In this document: positions 32,555 through 42,687 of the stretch, one piece after another
Numbering within the stretch: position 1 is the stretch's first letter
Layout of the letters: each line of letters opens with the position of its first letter
Assembly (NCBI GenBank): GCA_963817895.1
Contig: CAWFQB010000001.1
Coordinates: 1,504,001 to 1,568,000 of the forward strand
DNA from: an uncultured Chthonomonadaceae bacterium
GTDB lineage: Bacteria > Armatimonadota > Chthonomonadetes > Chthonomonadales > Chthonomonadaceae
Length of the DNA stretch: 64,000 nt
Direction of reading: 5' to 3'
Program-made: the position numbers and the translations under genes
Notes under the pieces: generated by a model
The model's database searches: none
Told to the model about the DNA's origin: nothing
Seen by the model: only the letters and a program-made list of their open reading frames with translations

Positions 32555-33038
32555 CGTACGCGACGCGCCCCTGGCTTTCTTTGACCCCGCAATTCATCCG
32601 TGCTTGCGAAGACGGATTGATTATTGCCAGAAGTGGGAAGCGGCTAGAGACCTGCCGCGAATTCCGATTCTTTAGCCGTATTTTCACTCTCTTTTGCTTC
32701 AAATTCCGAATTCCGAACACCGAACGCCGTTTTTTTCTGGTAGAATGAAGCAGAACGCTTAAAGTTAAATTAAGTATTCCTGCGGGCTGATACGAGGAGG
32801 GCGCGAAATATACGCTTGCTTCTCCCGCAACAAAACCGGACGCCCCTTTGCCGCGTAGTGTCTTACGCGCTTGCGCGTATTCTGTTTGGGTTTGGCGCGT
32901 TTGTGTTTGACGCGCATGTGCATCGGCGCAATTTCCGCCAGGTTATAGCCATACAGGGTTCTCCCCGGCGCAGGGTTTCCATACTCGAACCCGCGTCCCG
33001 CCCTGTGCGCCGTTTGTGCTGAAAGGAGTTATGACAAC

Positions 33039-33782
33039 GTGAATTTTCTGTTGACGCAGGTTGTTTCCGGCCTGGTTTGGATCCTCTACGGCAGTTTCTT
33101 CGAGTGGTACTGGCACAAGTATTTCATGCACCAACCCCGTTTCCCCATGCAGGCTTTCAAGGGCCATACCATTGTCCATCACGGGCTGTACAAGGGCGAA
33201 CAGGACTATTTTTGCAGGGAAGACCGCCACCCGGAACACATTCTGCTCAAGCCCTACGCGCTGCCGGGCCTGGTCGCCACGCACATCCCCTTAATGTTGC
33301 TGGTTGAGCACTTCGTGCCGCATACCTTCATCGGCGCGTTTACGGCGATGCTGGGCTACTTTGTGGTCTATGAGTACCTGCACTATAACATGCACGTTCC
33401 GCGCAAACAGTGGGTGGAGCGCTTCGGCTGGTTCCAATTTCTGCGCAACCACCACAAGCTGCACCATACGCACTACCAGAAGAATTTTTGCGTCCTCTTT
33501 CCTCTGGCCGATTATGTGATGGGTACGATGGTCACGGAAGCGGACCTGGCCCGCGCCAAAGCCGAACGCGAAGCCGACATTGCGAGCGGCAACATCCGCG
33601 TGGAGCGCAAGCCGCGCAATCGCCACGCTGCCCGCTCGATGCCCCGCGATTACAAACTGGCGCGCGAGTTCTTCAAGTTCAAGACGCGGCGCGTCCGGGC
33701 AGGCCGGGTTCGCCGCAAAGTGGGCGACTTGAACGACCTGCGCGAAATGCTGCACATCGGCAAGAACCGCCGGGGACGCTGA
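33039..33782 (+). CDS. Fatty acid hydroxylase/sterol desaturase family protein
   Basis: His boxes HKYFMH, HTIVHH, HYNMH, HHKLHH. Confidence 0.85.
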   Translation: MNFLLTQVVSGLVWILYGSFFEWYWHKYFMHQPRFPMQAFKGHTIVHHGLYKGEQDYFCREDRHPEHILLKPYALPGLVATHIPLMLLVEHFVPHTFIGAFTAMLGYFVVYEYLHYNMHVPRKQWVERFGWFQFLRNHHKLHHTHYQKNFCVLFPLADYVMGTMVTEADLARAKAEREADIASGNIRVERKPRNRHAARSMPRDYKLAREFFKFKTRRVRAGRVRRKVGDLNDLREMLHIGKNRRGR

Positions 33783-34167
33783 ACACAGTTGATAGTTGAT
33801 AGTTGATAGTTCCGGTTTACTCATCGCTTTGTGTCAGGCTGTAAATAACTTTATGGCGTATTGCGAGTGGGACTGAGACTGGAACACTTTTGTAAATGAC
33901 GCCGCAGTGTACCGATACACTGCGGCGTAAAACGTTGGCTCATCGTTCATGTCCGCGCCTGTAACCTTACCGTCAGCCACAATTGCAAAACTTCCACAAT
34001 TGCAGAACTTCCCCCTGCGCCGCCTGAAACGCCGCAGGGCGCGTAGGTTGCTGTCGCTATCGGAAACGAATAATACGGATGTTGGGTATACAGGTGTTGA
34101 GACAATGCGCGAGTTGAACAACAATCTCCTCAACACTCAACACCTGACACCCAATACCGGAGGTTTT

Positions 34168-35244
34168 ATGAGCGAACTGAACTTTGATTTGTTGAAGCGT
34201 TTGTGCGAAACACCCGGCATCAGCAGCCGCGAAGAGCAGATGCGCAGGCTGGTGGCGGACGAACTCCGGCCCCTTGCCGACAGCCTGGAAGCCGATGTGA
34301 TGGGCAATGTCATCGCGACGAAAAAAGGCGCGGAGGGCGGGCCGCGCGTGATGATCGCCGCGCATACGGATGAGATTGGCTTTGTGGTCAAGTATATTGA
34401 CGACCGGGGATTTATTCGCCTGTCCCCTGTGGGGGGCTGGGACCCGCGCAACATGGTGGCGCAGCGCGTATGGGTGCATGGATTTGCCGGACAGAGTCTG
34501 CGCGGCACGCTGATGCCCGGAGGCAAGCCGATACATTTGCTGACTCCTGACGAAGCCAAACAAGGCCCGAAAATAGAAGAGTTCTTTGTGGATCTGGGAA
34601 TGTCGGGCGAAAAAGTGAAGGAACTGGTCGAGTTGGGCGATATGGTGACGATGGATCGGACGTGCGAACGCATGGGCGATATGGTCGTCAGCAAAACGCT
34701 GGATGACCGCCTGTGCGTGTTCGTGATGATTGAAGCCCTGCGCAAATTGCAGGGAACCAGCCTGCAATCCACGATCCTTGCGGTCGCCACCACGCAGGAA
34801 GAGGTGGGGTTGCGGGGCGCGATTACGTCCGCGTATGCGCTGAAGCCTGACATTGGTATTGCGCTGGACGTGACGCTCGCCGTTGACTTCGTTGGCACGT
34901 CTGAAAGCGAGCGCGTTACCAGTCTGGGCGGGGGCGCGGCGATCAAAATTATGGATAGTTCGCTGTTGTGCCATCCCAAAATGGTGCGCCATTTCCGCGA
35001 CGTGGCGCAGGCGAAGAATATCAAAACGCAACTGGAAATTCTGCCGCGCGGCGGCACGGACGCGGGCGGTATTCAGCGCAGCCGGGGCGGAGTCCCCTCG
35101 TTTACGCTGTCCATTCCTACGCGCTATATTCACACCGTCAATGAAATGGCGCACGTCGAGGATATTCAGGCCGCCATAGACCTGCTGGCGGCGTATCTGG
35201 AAGAGGCGCATACCCGCAATTACGGGTATGCGGATGAGATTTAG
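34168..35244 (+). CDS. M42 family aminopeptidase
   Basis: AAHTDEIG, KTLDDR, QEEVGLRGA, GGTDAG, RYIHT; GGAGG RBS before 34168. Confidence 0.93.
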   Translation: MSELNFDLLKRLCETPGISSREEQMRRLVADELRPLADSLEADVMGNVIATKKGAEGGPRVMIAAHTDEIGFVVKYIDDRGFIRLSPVGGWDPRNMVAQRVWVHGFAGQSLRGTLMPGGKPIHLLTPDEAKQGPKIEEFFVDLGMSGEKVKELVELGDMVTMDRTCERMGDMVVSKTLDDRLCVFVMIEALRKLQGTSLQSTILAVATTQEEVGLRGAITSAYALKPDIGIALDVTLAVDFVGTSESERVTSLGGGAAIKIMDSSLLCHPKMVRHFRDVAQAKNIKTQLEILPRGGTDAGGIQRSRGGVPSFTLSIPTRYIHTVNEMAHVEDIQAAIDLLAAYLEEAHTRNYGYADEI

Positions 35245-35372
35245 TTGATAGTTGTAGTTGATAGTCTATGCTCTTTCCTGTAAGTCGTGTCCATTAGATG
35301 TTCAATGCGCAAATCCGGCAGGGAAGAGATATCAACTATCAACTATTAACTATTAACTCTAAAGGAACAGAC

Positions 35373-36005
35373 GTGGAAGTTCAGATTGCGAGCGAAACGT
35401 ACCAGACGGCAGGCTATCAGCACAAATGGCGTCTGTACAGTTTTGTGGAGCAGATACACGAAACCTTGCAGCTTCATCCGCGCCGTGTGATGGAAGTGGG
35501 AATCGGCAACCGGTTCACCACGCAGGCTTTGCAAAGCGCCGGCGTAGAGGTGACGACGGTTGATTTCGATGCTGATTTGAAGCCGGATATTGTGGCTTCG
35601 GTGCGCGACATCCCGCTTCCTGACGCCTGCGTGGATGTGAGTTTGTGTTTTCAGTGTCTGGAACATCTGCCGTTCGAGCAGTTCATACCTGCGCTGCGCG
35701 AACTGGCCCGCGTGAGTCGGGAATACGTTTTCCTCTCCATTCCCGACTGTCGCCCCCATTTTCGGCTGGAAATCGCGCGCGGCTGCCATTATCAGACGAT
35801 CTAGCGGCGCAGTATCAGCCGCCTGCCTTGGCGTAAGCCCGCCGCGCATGAGTTCGATGGACAGCACTACTGGGAGTTGGGCAAAGCGCAAACGCCCGAA
35901 GAGGTTGTTCTCGCTGCCATAAAGCAATCCGGCCTGCATCTGGAACGCCACTATCGTTTACCCCTCAATCCGTACCACCATTTCTTTTTGCTGCGCAAGT
36001 CCTGA
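35373..36005 (+). pseudogene. Class I SAM methyltransferase interrupted by an in-frame TAG at 35802-35804
   Basis: VMEVGIG and CFQCLEHLP precede the stop. The frame continues after it with HEFDGQHYWELGK...NPYHHFFLLRKS*. Confidence 0.7.
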
Positions 36006-36136
36006 AATATTTTCCTGAAAACCTGTGTAAAATCCTCTAATTAGCAAGGCGAACTCTGTCGTGGTATGATAAGAGTTGGAACAATCTGGTTTGCAAAAGT
36101 GATTGTAGACAGATTGCTGATAAGGAATACGGCACG

Positions 36137-37484
36137 GTGATATTGACGGGAAAACAACAAAAATTAGGACGAAATCGCGTAGGGCGCGTGTGGCTGCTGA
36201 CAATGGTATTTTGCCTGCCGATTTTGCTGATGGGTGGATTGCTGCTGGCGCAGGATTACGCGGAAGACCCTGTCAACTACCTGAAAACCTCGCCCTCGGA
36301 TGCGGTTGCCGATTTGCAGCAAAAGCTGGACAGCGGGCAGGCGCAGTTGAAGTTCGACAGCAAGCGCGGGTATCTGCTTGCCGTACTACAGGCGCTGCAT
36401 GTTCCCGTCTCATCGCAAATGCTGGTGTTTTCCAAAACCAGTTTTCAGCGCGACCTGATTACGCCGCAAACTCCCCGCGCCGTGTATTTCAATGACCGCG
36501 TGTATGTGGGGTGGGTGCAGGAGGGCAATTATGTCGAAGTGGCCTCAGCAGACCCGCAATTGGGCGCGGTGTTCTATATTCTCAAGCAGGAGCCGACCGA
36601 CAAGCCGAAGTTTATGCGGCAAACGTATGAGTGCCTGCAATGCCACGACTCCAATCTGGCGGGGAGTGTGCCGGGGCATCTGATGCGTTCCGTGTACCCC
36701 GACCGGACGGGCAACCCGATCTTTTCCGCAGGCAGTTACGTCACTTCGGATCAGAGTCCGCTTGGCGAGCGGTGGGGCGGCTGGTACGTGACGGGGCGGC
36801 ACGGCGGGCAGTTCCACATGGGCAACATGGTGGCGCAATCCGAAACCGCGCCGCAGCAGACAGATTGGGCAAAGGGCGGCAACCTGACGGACTTGAGCAA
36901 AGTCATTAATGTGACGCCATATCTGAGCAAACATAGTGACATCGTGGCCCTGATGGTGGCCGAGCATCAGACGCAACTGCAAAACCGCATCACGCGGGCC
37001 AATTACGGGACGCGGCAGGCGCTGCAATACGCGAAATTGCTCAACAAAGATTCTGGGACGCCCCGAAGAGTTTCTATCCGACAGCGTGAAAAGCCGGATT
37101 AAAAGCGTGTGCGAACCGTTGGTAAAAGCCATGCTGTTTTCGGGCGAAACCAGACTTACGGCTCCCATTACAGGCACGTCGGCTTATGCCGCGCAGTTCG
37201 CGAGTTACGGCCCGTTCGACCGGCAGAAACGCAGCCTGCGCGAATTCGATCTGCAAACGCGCCTGTTCCGCTACCCGCTGAGTTATCAAATCTATTCCGC
37301 CACGTTCGACGGCCTGCCCGACATGGCAAAACAGTACGTCTACGGGCGCTTTGAGGAGATTTTCACCGGCAAGGACAGGAGCGCGGATTGGGCGCATCTA
37401 TCGGATGCCGACCGCCGCGCCCTTCTGGAAATCCTCCGCGACACCAAGCCGGAGTTTGCCACCTGGGAAGGGGGGAAGCGGTAA
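36137..37484 (+). CDS. Exported protein with one CxxCH heme-c motif (frameshift near 37050)
   Basis: Signal/TM segment and ECLQCHD. ORFs 36137-37102 and 37086-37484 join after one indel (KDLGRPEEFLSDSVKSR). Confidence 0.7.
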
Positions 37485-37548
37485 GAGATAGGGATAAGAA
37501 GAATTAGATTTTACTTATCCCTTACCCCTTCTCCCTTATGACTTCCTC

Positions 37549-37577
37549 TTGACAAACTCTTGCCGCCGTGCTATACT
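37549..37577 (+). promoter_or_regulatory. Sigma70 promoter of the tRNA operon
   Basis: TTGACA-N17-TATACT. Confidence 0.85.
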
Positions 37578-37609
37578 ACATCTGCTTGCGGCGCAGCGGA
37601 CGAGAGAGC

Positions 37610-37682
37610 GGGCGAATAGCTCAGTCGGTAGAGCGCTTCGTTTACACCGAAGATGTCACGGGTTCAAGTCCTGTTTCGCCCA
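37610..37682 (+). tRNA. tRNA-Val(TAC)
   Basis: Cloverleaf with anticodon arm CTTCG-TTTACAC-CGAAG and T-loop GGTTCAAGTCC. Confidence 0.97.
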
Positions 37683-37710
37683 TGTGTTGGTGTGCGATGT
37701 TTGTGGTTGT

Positions 37711-37784
37711 GGGGGTGTAGCTCAGTTGGTTAGAGCGCCAGCCTGTCACGCTGGAGGTCGCGGGTTCGAGCCCCGTCATCCTCG
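37711..37784 (+). tRNA. tRNA-Asp(GTC)
   Basis: Cloverleaf with anticodon arm CCAGC-CTGTCAC-GCTGG and T-loop GGTTCGAGCCC. Confidence 0.97.
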
Positions 37785-37808
37785 TTCTTGATAGTTCTTG
37801 CTAAATGG

Positions 37809-37843
37809 TGAGGCTTATAGTACAAAACTATGAGCCTCATTTT
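37809..37843 (+). terminator. Terminator after the tRNA pair
   Basis: TGAGGCTTATAGT/ACTATGAGCCTCA followed by TTTT. Confidence 0.7.
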
Positions 37844-38311
37844 CACGTTTAGAGTGTTCCCCGTCACCTATTGCGCCCCCGTAATATAGCGCTACAAACA
37901 GGAACCGGAAAGCGGCAAACGCTTCGCCGATTTTCTTTGCCCTGCTTTACTGCCTGCCAATGCAACCGTCGTTTAGCACAACAGCCACAAGAGCGCCGTC
38001 AAGCGTTCTCTATGGCTGATTTAGCGTGTAAAACTCTCCTTGCGCTATGCGTGACTCGTGGATTTAAGGAGAGGCATCAGAACGGCCTGAATGTCGGCGG
38101 GAACAGATGCAGGCGAACGGTTTCCCGGTTTGCGTTCCAGGCAGTTTTTGCGCGTGATGTATTTTCTTCAACATCGCGGGCTTTTCTTTTTTGACACGGC
38201 AGGAGTATCGGCGGAAACTTCTGCCATCAACCAATCAGCCACAGGCCGCATGTTCGCGGTTCCTGTGGCTGTTGTCTTTGCAGTCTCGATTAGGAGCGTT
38301 CTTGCAGTCGT

Positions 38312-38980
38312 TTACGCGGCTTTGCTGGCAGTCTTGCGACGGCGCAGGAAGGCGGCTCCGGTGAGGCTCAGTCCGGTGAGGAGGGCGATGGAGCCGGGTT
38401 CGGGAACCGGAGCCACAGTTACCCGAATGTTGTCATAGTAGACGCTGTTCGGAAAGGACGTGCCGCCGCCAATCAACGTAATGCTGAGGATGTTGGAGGC
38501 CGACACAGAAATGGTATCAAAGATAGGAAGGGAGGTATTGCCGTAGTTGTCGCTTCCTGTCCCCAACAGAGTGCCGGTTCCATTCAGACCGCTAAAGGCA
38601 TTAAGTGTGAAGGTGTCGCTATCCCCGCCAAAATCGCCATAATCCAGACTGACGGAAGACAAAGGAGCGGAAAAGTTGACCACAAACGGGGTTGCACTGG
38701 ATGAATCGTTGAACGGAGAGAGACTGTGGTTGCCAAAAGTAGCGGGGAAGGAGCCTGCGGGGGCAGTCGTTGTGTCCACAATATCAAACGCGCTGCCGGG
38801 TCGGGTGAAGGTGGCGGTCACGCCCCCGCTGGTTTGTGGCAGCGTTGTCAGGCTGCCGGGAAAGCCGCTACCGAAAGTGGTTGTAGCCGTTGCCCCCTCA
38901 AAATTGAAGGTTTGCGCCTGCACAGTGGAAGCGGCGGCAAGAGCGCAGACAGTGACGAAGGCCAGTTTAATGAAGCGCAT
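38312..38980 (-). CDS. PEP-CTERM protein 1
   Basis: Signal peptide; C-terminal VPEPGSIALLTGLSLTGAAFLRRRK. Confidence 0.93.
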   Translation of the reverse strand: MRFIKLAFVTVCALAAASTVQAQTFNFEGATATTTFGSGFPGSLTTLPQTSGGVTATFTRPGSAFDIVDTTTAPAGSFPATFGNHSLSPFNDSSSATPFVVNFSAPLSSVSLDYGDFGGDSDTFTLNAFSGLNGTGTLLGTGSDNYGNTSLPIFDTISVSASNILSITLIGGGTSFPNSVYYDNIRVTVAPVPEPGSIALLTGLSLTGAAFLRRRKTASKAA

Positions 38981-39061
38981 GAACGAGTCTCCTAGTTAAG
39001 ATTAGTGAGAGAACACAGAAGCGGGGAGGGTATCAAAAAGACTACCGTTACCTCTATGTAT

Positions 39062-39077
39062 TGCAAGATTTATGCCA
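39062..39077 (-). promoter_or_regulatory. Sigma54 -24/-12 promoter of PEP-CTERM 1
   Basis: TGGCATAAATCTTGCA on the minus strand. Confidence 0.8.
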
Positions 39078-39341
39078 AACTGCCACGTTTGCGCCCTGTG
39101 CCTCACTTTTTCTGCAAAATCCCGCATTTCTCCAATGGAGAATACTTCTTGTAGACGCCTTTGCGTTCACATAAGAGGACGTACAAACATGCGGCTTGCG
39201 GCTTTGGCGGGGCAGTGGCTAGAATGGAGAGGGCTATAACGCGCAACGTGAACGGTGACAGCGCGACAACAGGCCCTTACCCGGTGACAGCACAACGCTT
39301 CAACAGCGAACAGTTCAGATTGAGGACGGCGAAAGCGGCAG

Positions 39342-39406
39342 TCAGTTGGTTAGAGCGCCAGCCTGTCACGCTGGAGGTCGCGGGTTCGAGCCCCGTCATC
39401 CTCGTT
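39342..39406 (+). repeat. 65-bp exact copy of tRNA-Asp lacking its 5' end (att-like)
   Basis: Identical to 37722-37786; the first 11 nt of the tRNA are missing. Confidence 0.92.
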
Positions 39407-39493
39407 GGTAATTATTCAGTCAATCAGCCACAGTTCCCAATAATGGGTACTGTGGCTGATTTGTTGTGTCAGACCAGGAATTATTGTTGGCGC

Positions 39494-40093
39494 TCAGGCG
39501 GCTTTGCGGGCCTGTTTGCGGCGGCGCAGGAAGGCGGCTCCGGTGAGGCTCAGGCCGGTGAGGAGGGCGATGCTGCCGGGTTCGGGAACGGCGGCGGGGG
39601 CGAGAACTCTCACATCATCCAGATACGTCGTAGTCGGGGCAGTGGCACGTGAGTAGCCGAAAATGGAAAACCCGGAAAGAACTTTCGTAGTATCGAGGTT
39701 GGAAGTAACGTCAAAAAAATCAAAGTTGGTATCGGGGGTAGTAACCGTGAATCCCGTATTGCTGCCATCCGTGTAGAACAGCGATACGAAAGCGGGCTGT
39801 TGACTTTCAGTGGGATGTTCCAGCCAAAACGAGACTTCCGTGATTGTACTAGCGGCGGTGGGCGTGAAGTTTTGCCGGATTTCCTTGTTACCTATATCGG
39901 TAGCGCTGAACGTGCCGGAATGTGATACAGCGGAAGTAACGGTCCAATCTTCACTACCGTCAAGATTACGGTCTTGGAACCAGGGCGAAAGACTGCCTGT
40001 TTCAAAGCCGGGATTGATAATGAGGTTCTGTGCCTGCGCCTGTGAGACAGTCAGAACGAACAGAGTAGCAAGCGCGAGTTTACCGAAACGCAT
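39494..40093 (-). CDS. PEP-CTERM protein 2 (NPGFETG, carbohydrate-binding-like passenger)
   Basis: MRFGKLALATLF...AQAQNLIINPGFETG; same sorting signal as PEP-CTERM 1; AAGGAG RBS. Confidence 0.93.
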   Translation of the reverse strand: MRFGKLALATLFVLTVSQAQAQNLIINPGFETGSLSPWFQDRNLDGSEDWTVTSAVSHSGTFSATDIGNKEIRQNFTPTAASTITEVSFWLEHPTESQQPAFVSLFYTDGSNTGFTVTTPDTNFDFFDVTSNLDTTKVLSGFSIFGYSRATAPTTTYLDDVRVLAPAAVPEPGSIALLTGLSLTGAAFLRRRKQARKAA

Positions 40094-40172
40094 GAAGAAT
40101 GTCTCCTTAAAGGTGAATAGGAAATAGAGAAACGGCGAGGGCATCGAAAAGACTACCGTTAAATACACCTAT

Positions 40173-40188
40173 TGCAAGATTTATGCCA
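40173..40188 (-). promoter_or_regulatory. Sigma54 promoter of PEP-CTERM 2
   Basis: TGGCATAAATCTTGCA, identical to the copy at 39062. Confidence 0.8.
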
Positions 40189-40445
40189 AACTGCCACTTT
40201 TGCGCCCTTTGCCTGAAAATCTACCAAGCTTTCTGATAAAAACTGGTAATGAAGAAGGGTTTCGCAAATTGGAGAAACTTCCGTAGACACAAACTTACGC
40301 ACATAAGGGACTGTACAAACATGCGGATTGCGCATTTCTCGATATAGTGGCTAGAATCCGGGCGGCTGTAAGACGCGGCTTCTGCGACCATTCCTGAACA
40401 CATGGAACGTAATGGGTTACAGTGTGGCAACAGACGGCTAATTTC

Positions 40446-40496
40446 AACGCGTAAAGGGCGCGGGCAGAAATTTTCTGCCCGCGCCCTTTACGCGTT
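40446..40496. repeat. Perfect palindrome with 25-bp arms (REP-like or terminator downstream of rsr)
   Basis: AACGCGTAAAGGGCGCGGGCAGAAA-T-TTTCTGCCCGCGCCCTTTACGCGTT. Confidence 0.8.
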
Positions 40497-40570
40497 ATGC
40501 CCCGATTAGCGACCCCAATAGGAATCAGACTGCTGCTTCAAACGGCCCGCTTGTCTGTCTGCTCACTTTC

Positions 40571-42202
40571 TCAGATACGCCCTGCCGCAAACTCGGAAAT
40601 AACCGCAGGCGCGCTCGTATCGAACCCTACCAGATCGAGCATATTGGGGTTGTTGGGATCGGCGATGCTGAATTCATTGGACACCATGCCGACGACTATC
40701 AGCCGGGCGGCTATGCCCATCTTGTCCTGATACTGCTTTAGCGCCTGCACGGGGTGAACCTTTCCCGCGTAGGTTTCGCTATCAGTAAAGATAACGAAAG
40801 CGTCCGCCTCCACCTTGTTTTGCATGGCCCAGACCATAGGCAGGGAGCAGTCGGTTCGGTCAAACGGCATTCCGTTCATACGGGCGGTCACAGCATCCAG
40901 ACACTCGTTCCTGCCGACTGCGAACGGAACGAACTTGTTGGAAAACGCCATTGTCGCCACGTTGTTTTCCACCCGGTTCGTTGCCATTGCCATCGCCGCC
41001 GTTCCGATGCGCGGCGTGATACCCGGCATTCCCGCAATCAGGCCCCCGGCCATCGAACCGGACACGTCCAGCCCCAACACGAAGCGCATACCGGTTGGCG
41101 CAATCGCGTCGAACGCCATGTAGAAGGCGGCATCCAGCGCCTCCACCACTTTGGGTATCACCGGCCATTCCCCGTTGCCCCGGATGCCGCGCCCACTGCT
41201 GTACGTGTTCAGAGCCACCAGCAGCGACAGGGGGTGAACTCGCCCGCGCCGTATCTGTTCCCCGTCCGTCAGCCGAGCGATAACCGCGTTCAGGTTGCTG
41301 TACTGGCCTTCGGCAATCGCGCCGGTCTTGCTCAGGTTGCTCAGGTTGCGCAGCAGCCACGTCATGCCCGCCGAGGGAATCAGCGCCTCATAGACCGCCT
41401 TGCTCCGCTTCTCCGACGGCACACACTCCATCGGCAGGCGATAGGTCTGGATCAGGTGAACCAGTTCCTTCTCGTCGGCTGTTTTGGCGCGTTCTGCCGC
41501 CCATATGATTTGCAGCGCCTCATTTTCATGTGGAACGATCCCGACACCCGGCCAACTGTCCACCATGTAAGAAAAGATGGCGTTGCGCGTGTCACTGGCT
41601 GCGGCAATGCCCTGATTACGCGCCTGAACGTGCGCCAGTCGCAGCATGTCGGCGTGCGCCCACCCTCGCGCTGCCGATACTTCACCGCCTGAAGCGCCAG
41701 CACGGCCTCAGTCTTCTCCATATACCAGTGGGAAATCGCCTTGCGCAGCCCCTTGCCCCATCCGCGCAGGGCGTTGACGTAGCGGGCGTACTCGAACAGG
41801 TGCGTTCCCGTCCGCGCTACGCGAGGCAGGGCGGCAAACGCCGACTGGCGCGTCCGGTCATCGCCGGTTGCCGAACACAGCGCGAGCGCGAACAGGGCAG
41901 GCGAGTTCTTTGCGGCGCGGCCCGTATCGGAAATCTCCACAATCATGGCAACGGCGCGCGCTCCGTCTTCCGCAATCGCGGCAAGAGAAGCCGCCATGTT
42001 GTCCCGCGTGAGTTTCTGTTCACTGAGCATAGTACGAGCCGCCCTCCGAGCCGAGAATCAGAAAGCGATGCAGGCGGGTGAAGTTGTCTACCGCATAGAC
42101 GTAGCCGCCCGCGTCGTTCTTCACCTGGTTTGCGCCGGGAATGGGATCGGTCTGCGGGGTTGCCTTCGGGTTCAGGATGTTGTTCAGATACGCGGTAGAC
42201 AT
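40571..42202 (-). CDS. rsr: Ro60/TROVE-domain protein with C-terminal vWA domain (frameshifts near 42025 and 41660)
   Basis: QVKNDAGGYVY, RFLILGSEGGSYY, VARTGTHLF, RGWGKGLRKAI, KYRQREG, MLRLAH, GLDVSGSM, FTDSET, LDLVGFD. Confidence 0.95.
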
Positions 42203-42226
42203 GAGTTTGCTTTCAGATTGACAGGT

Positions 42227-42318
42227 CAGTCGAGACAAGTGGCGCGTTGCGTTTTTTCTTAAAGGCTGGTATTCACAGCGCGTTAAGCCATGAGAACACA
42301 ATGCTGCGGCCCCGACTG
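42227..42318 (-). ncRNA. Y RNA-like hairpin 3
   Basis: CAGTCG-GGGCCGCA...GTTCTC...ACTTGTCT-CGACTG; ends 24 nt before the rsr ATG. Confidence 0.78.
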
Positions 42319-42325
42319 CAAAAAT

Positions 42326-42395
42326 GGGCGGAGACAAGTTGATTGAAGCGCGGCTTTCTTTTTGGATGAGAACACACTTCATTCGGCCCCCGCCC
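42326..42395 (-). ncRNA. Y RNA-like hairpin 2
   Basis: GGGCGG-GGGCCGAA-TGAAGTGT-GTTCTC...GCGCTTCA...ACTTGTCT-CCGCCC. Confidence 0.8.
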
Positions 42396-42404
42396 GTACA
42401 GAGT

Positions 42405-42479
42405 TTCGCAGACAAGTGAAATGTCGGGCGAGCATTTTATCTTAATAGGATAACGCTCTGTTGACGTTCGGCCCGCGAA
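42405..42479 (-). ncRNA. Y RNA-like hairpin 1
   Basis: TTCGC-GGGCCGAA...GAGC-GTTATC...GCTC...ACTTGTCT-GCGAA. Confidence 0.8.
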
Positions 42480-42687
42480 CACAGCGGAATGGTGATAGAT
42501 TGGCGGTCTGTCTGTTCCAATTTCATTTGCACAGAACTGAAGTTGTCGCCACTTGCATAAGAGACAGTCTGCCGCCGCGAAAAGTTGCGCCATCAGTTCG
42601 CGCTTATACACTGTTATCCGTATTGTTGCGGTTTCTGCTCCGTAGGGTTGCGGGAGTTGGGCTGATGAGAGGCAAAAAGGCTGCGGT

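Noticed and set aside
37790..38300. An integrase remnant inside the tRNA-bracketed segment
   Set aside because: I found no recognisable tyrosine- or serine-recombinase motif in the frames I could read. A tBLASTn search would be needed to exclude a decayed fragment.
39342..39406. A second functional tRNA-Asp
   Set aside because: The 5' acceptor strand is missing, so the acceptor stem cannot form.
42227..42479. The repeat array read as a mini-CRISPR
   Set aside because: The conserved parts are short paired motifs with covarying stems rather than identical repeats, there are no cas genes, and the Ro60 context explains the array.
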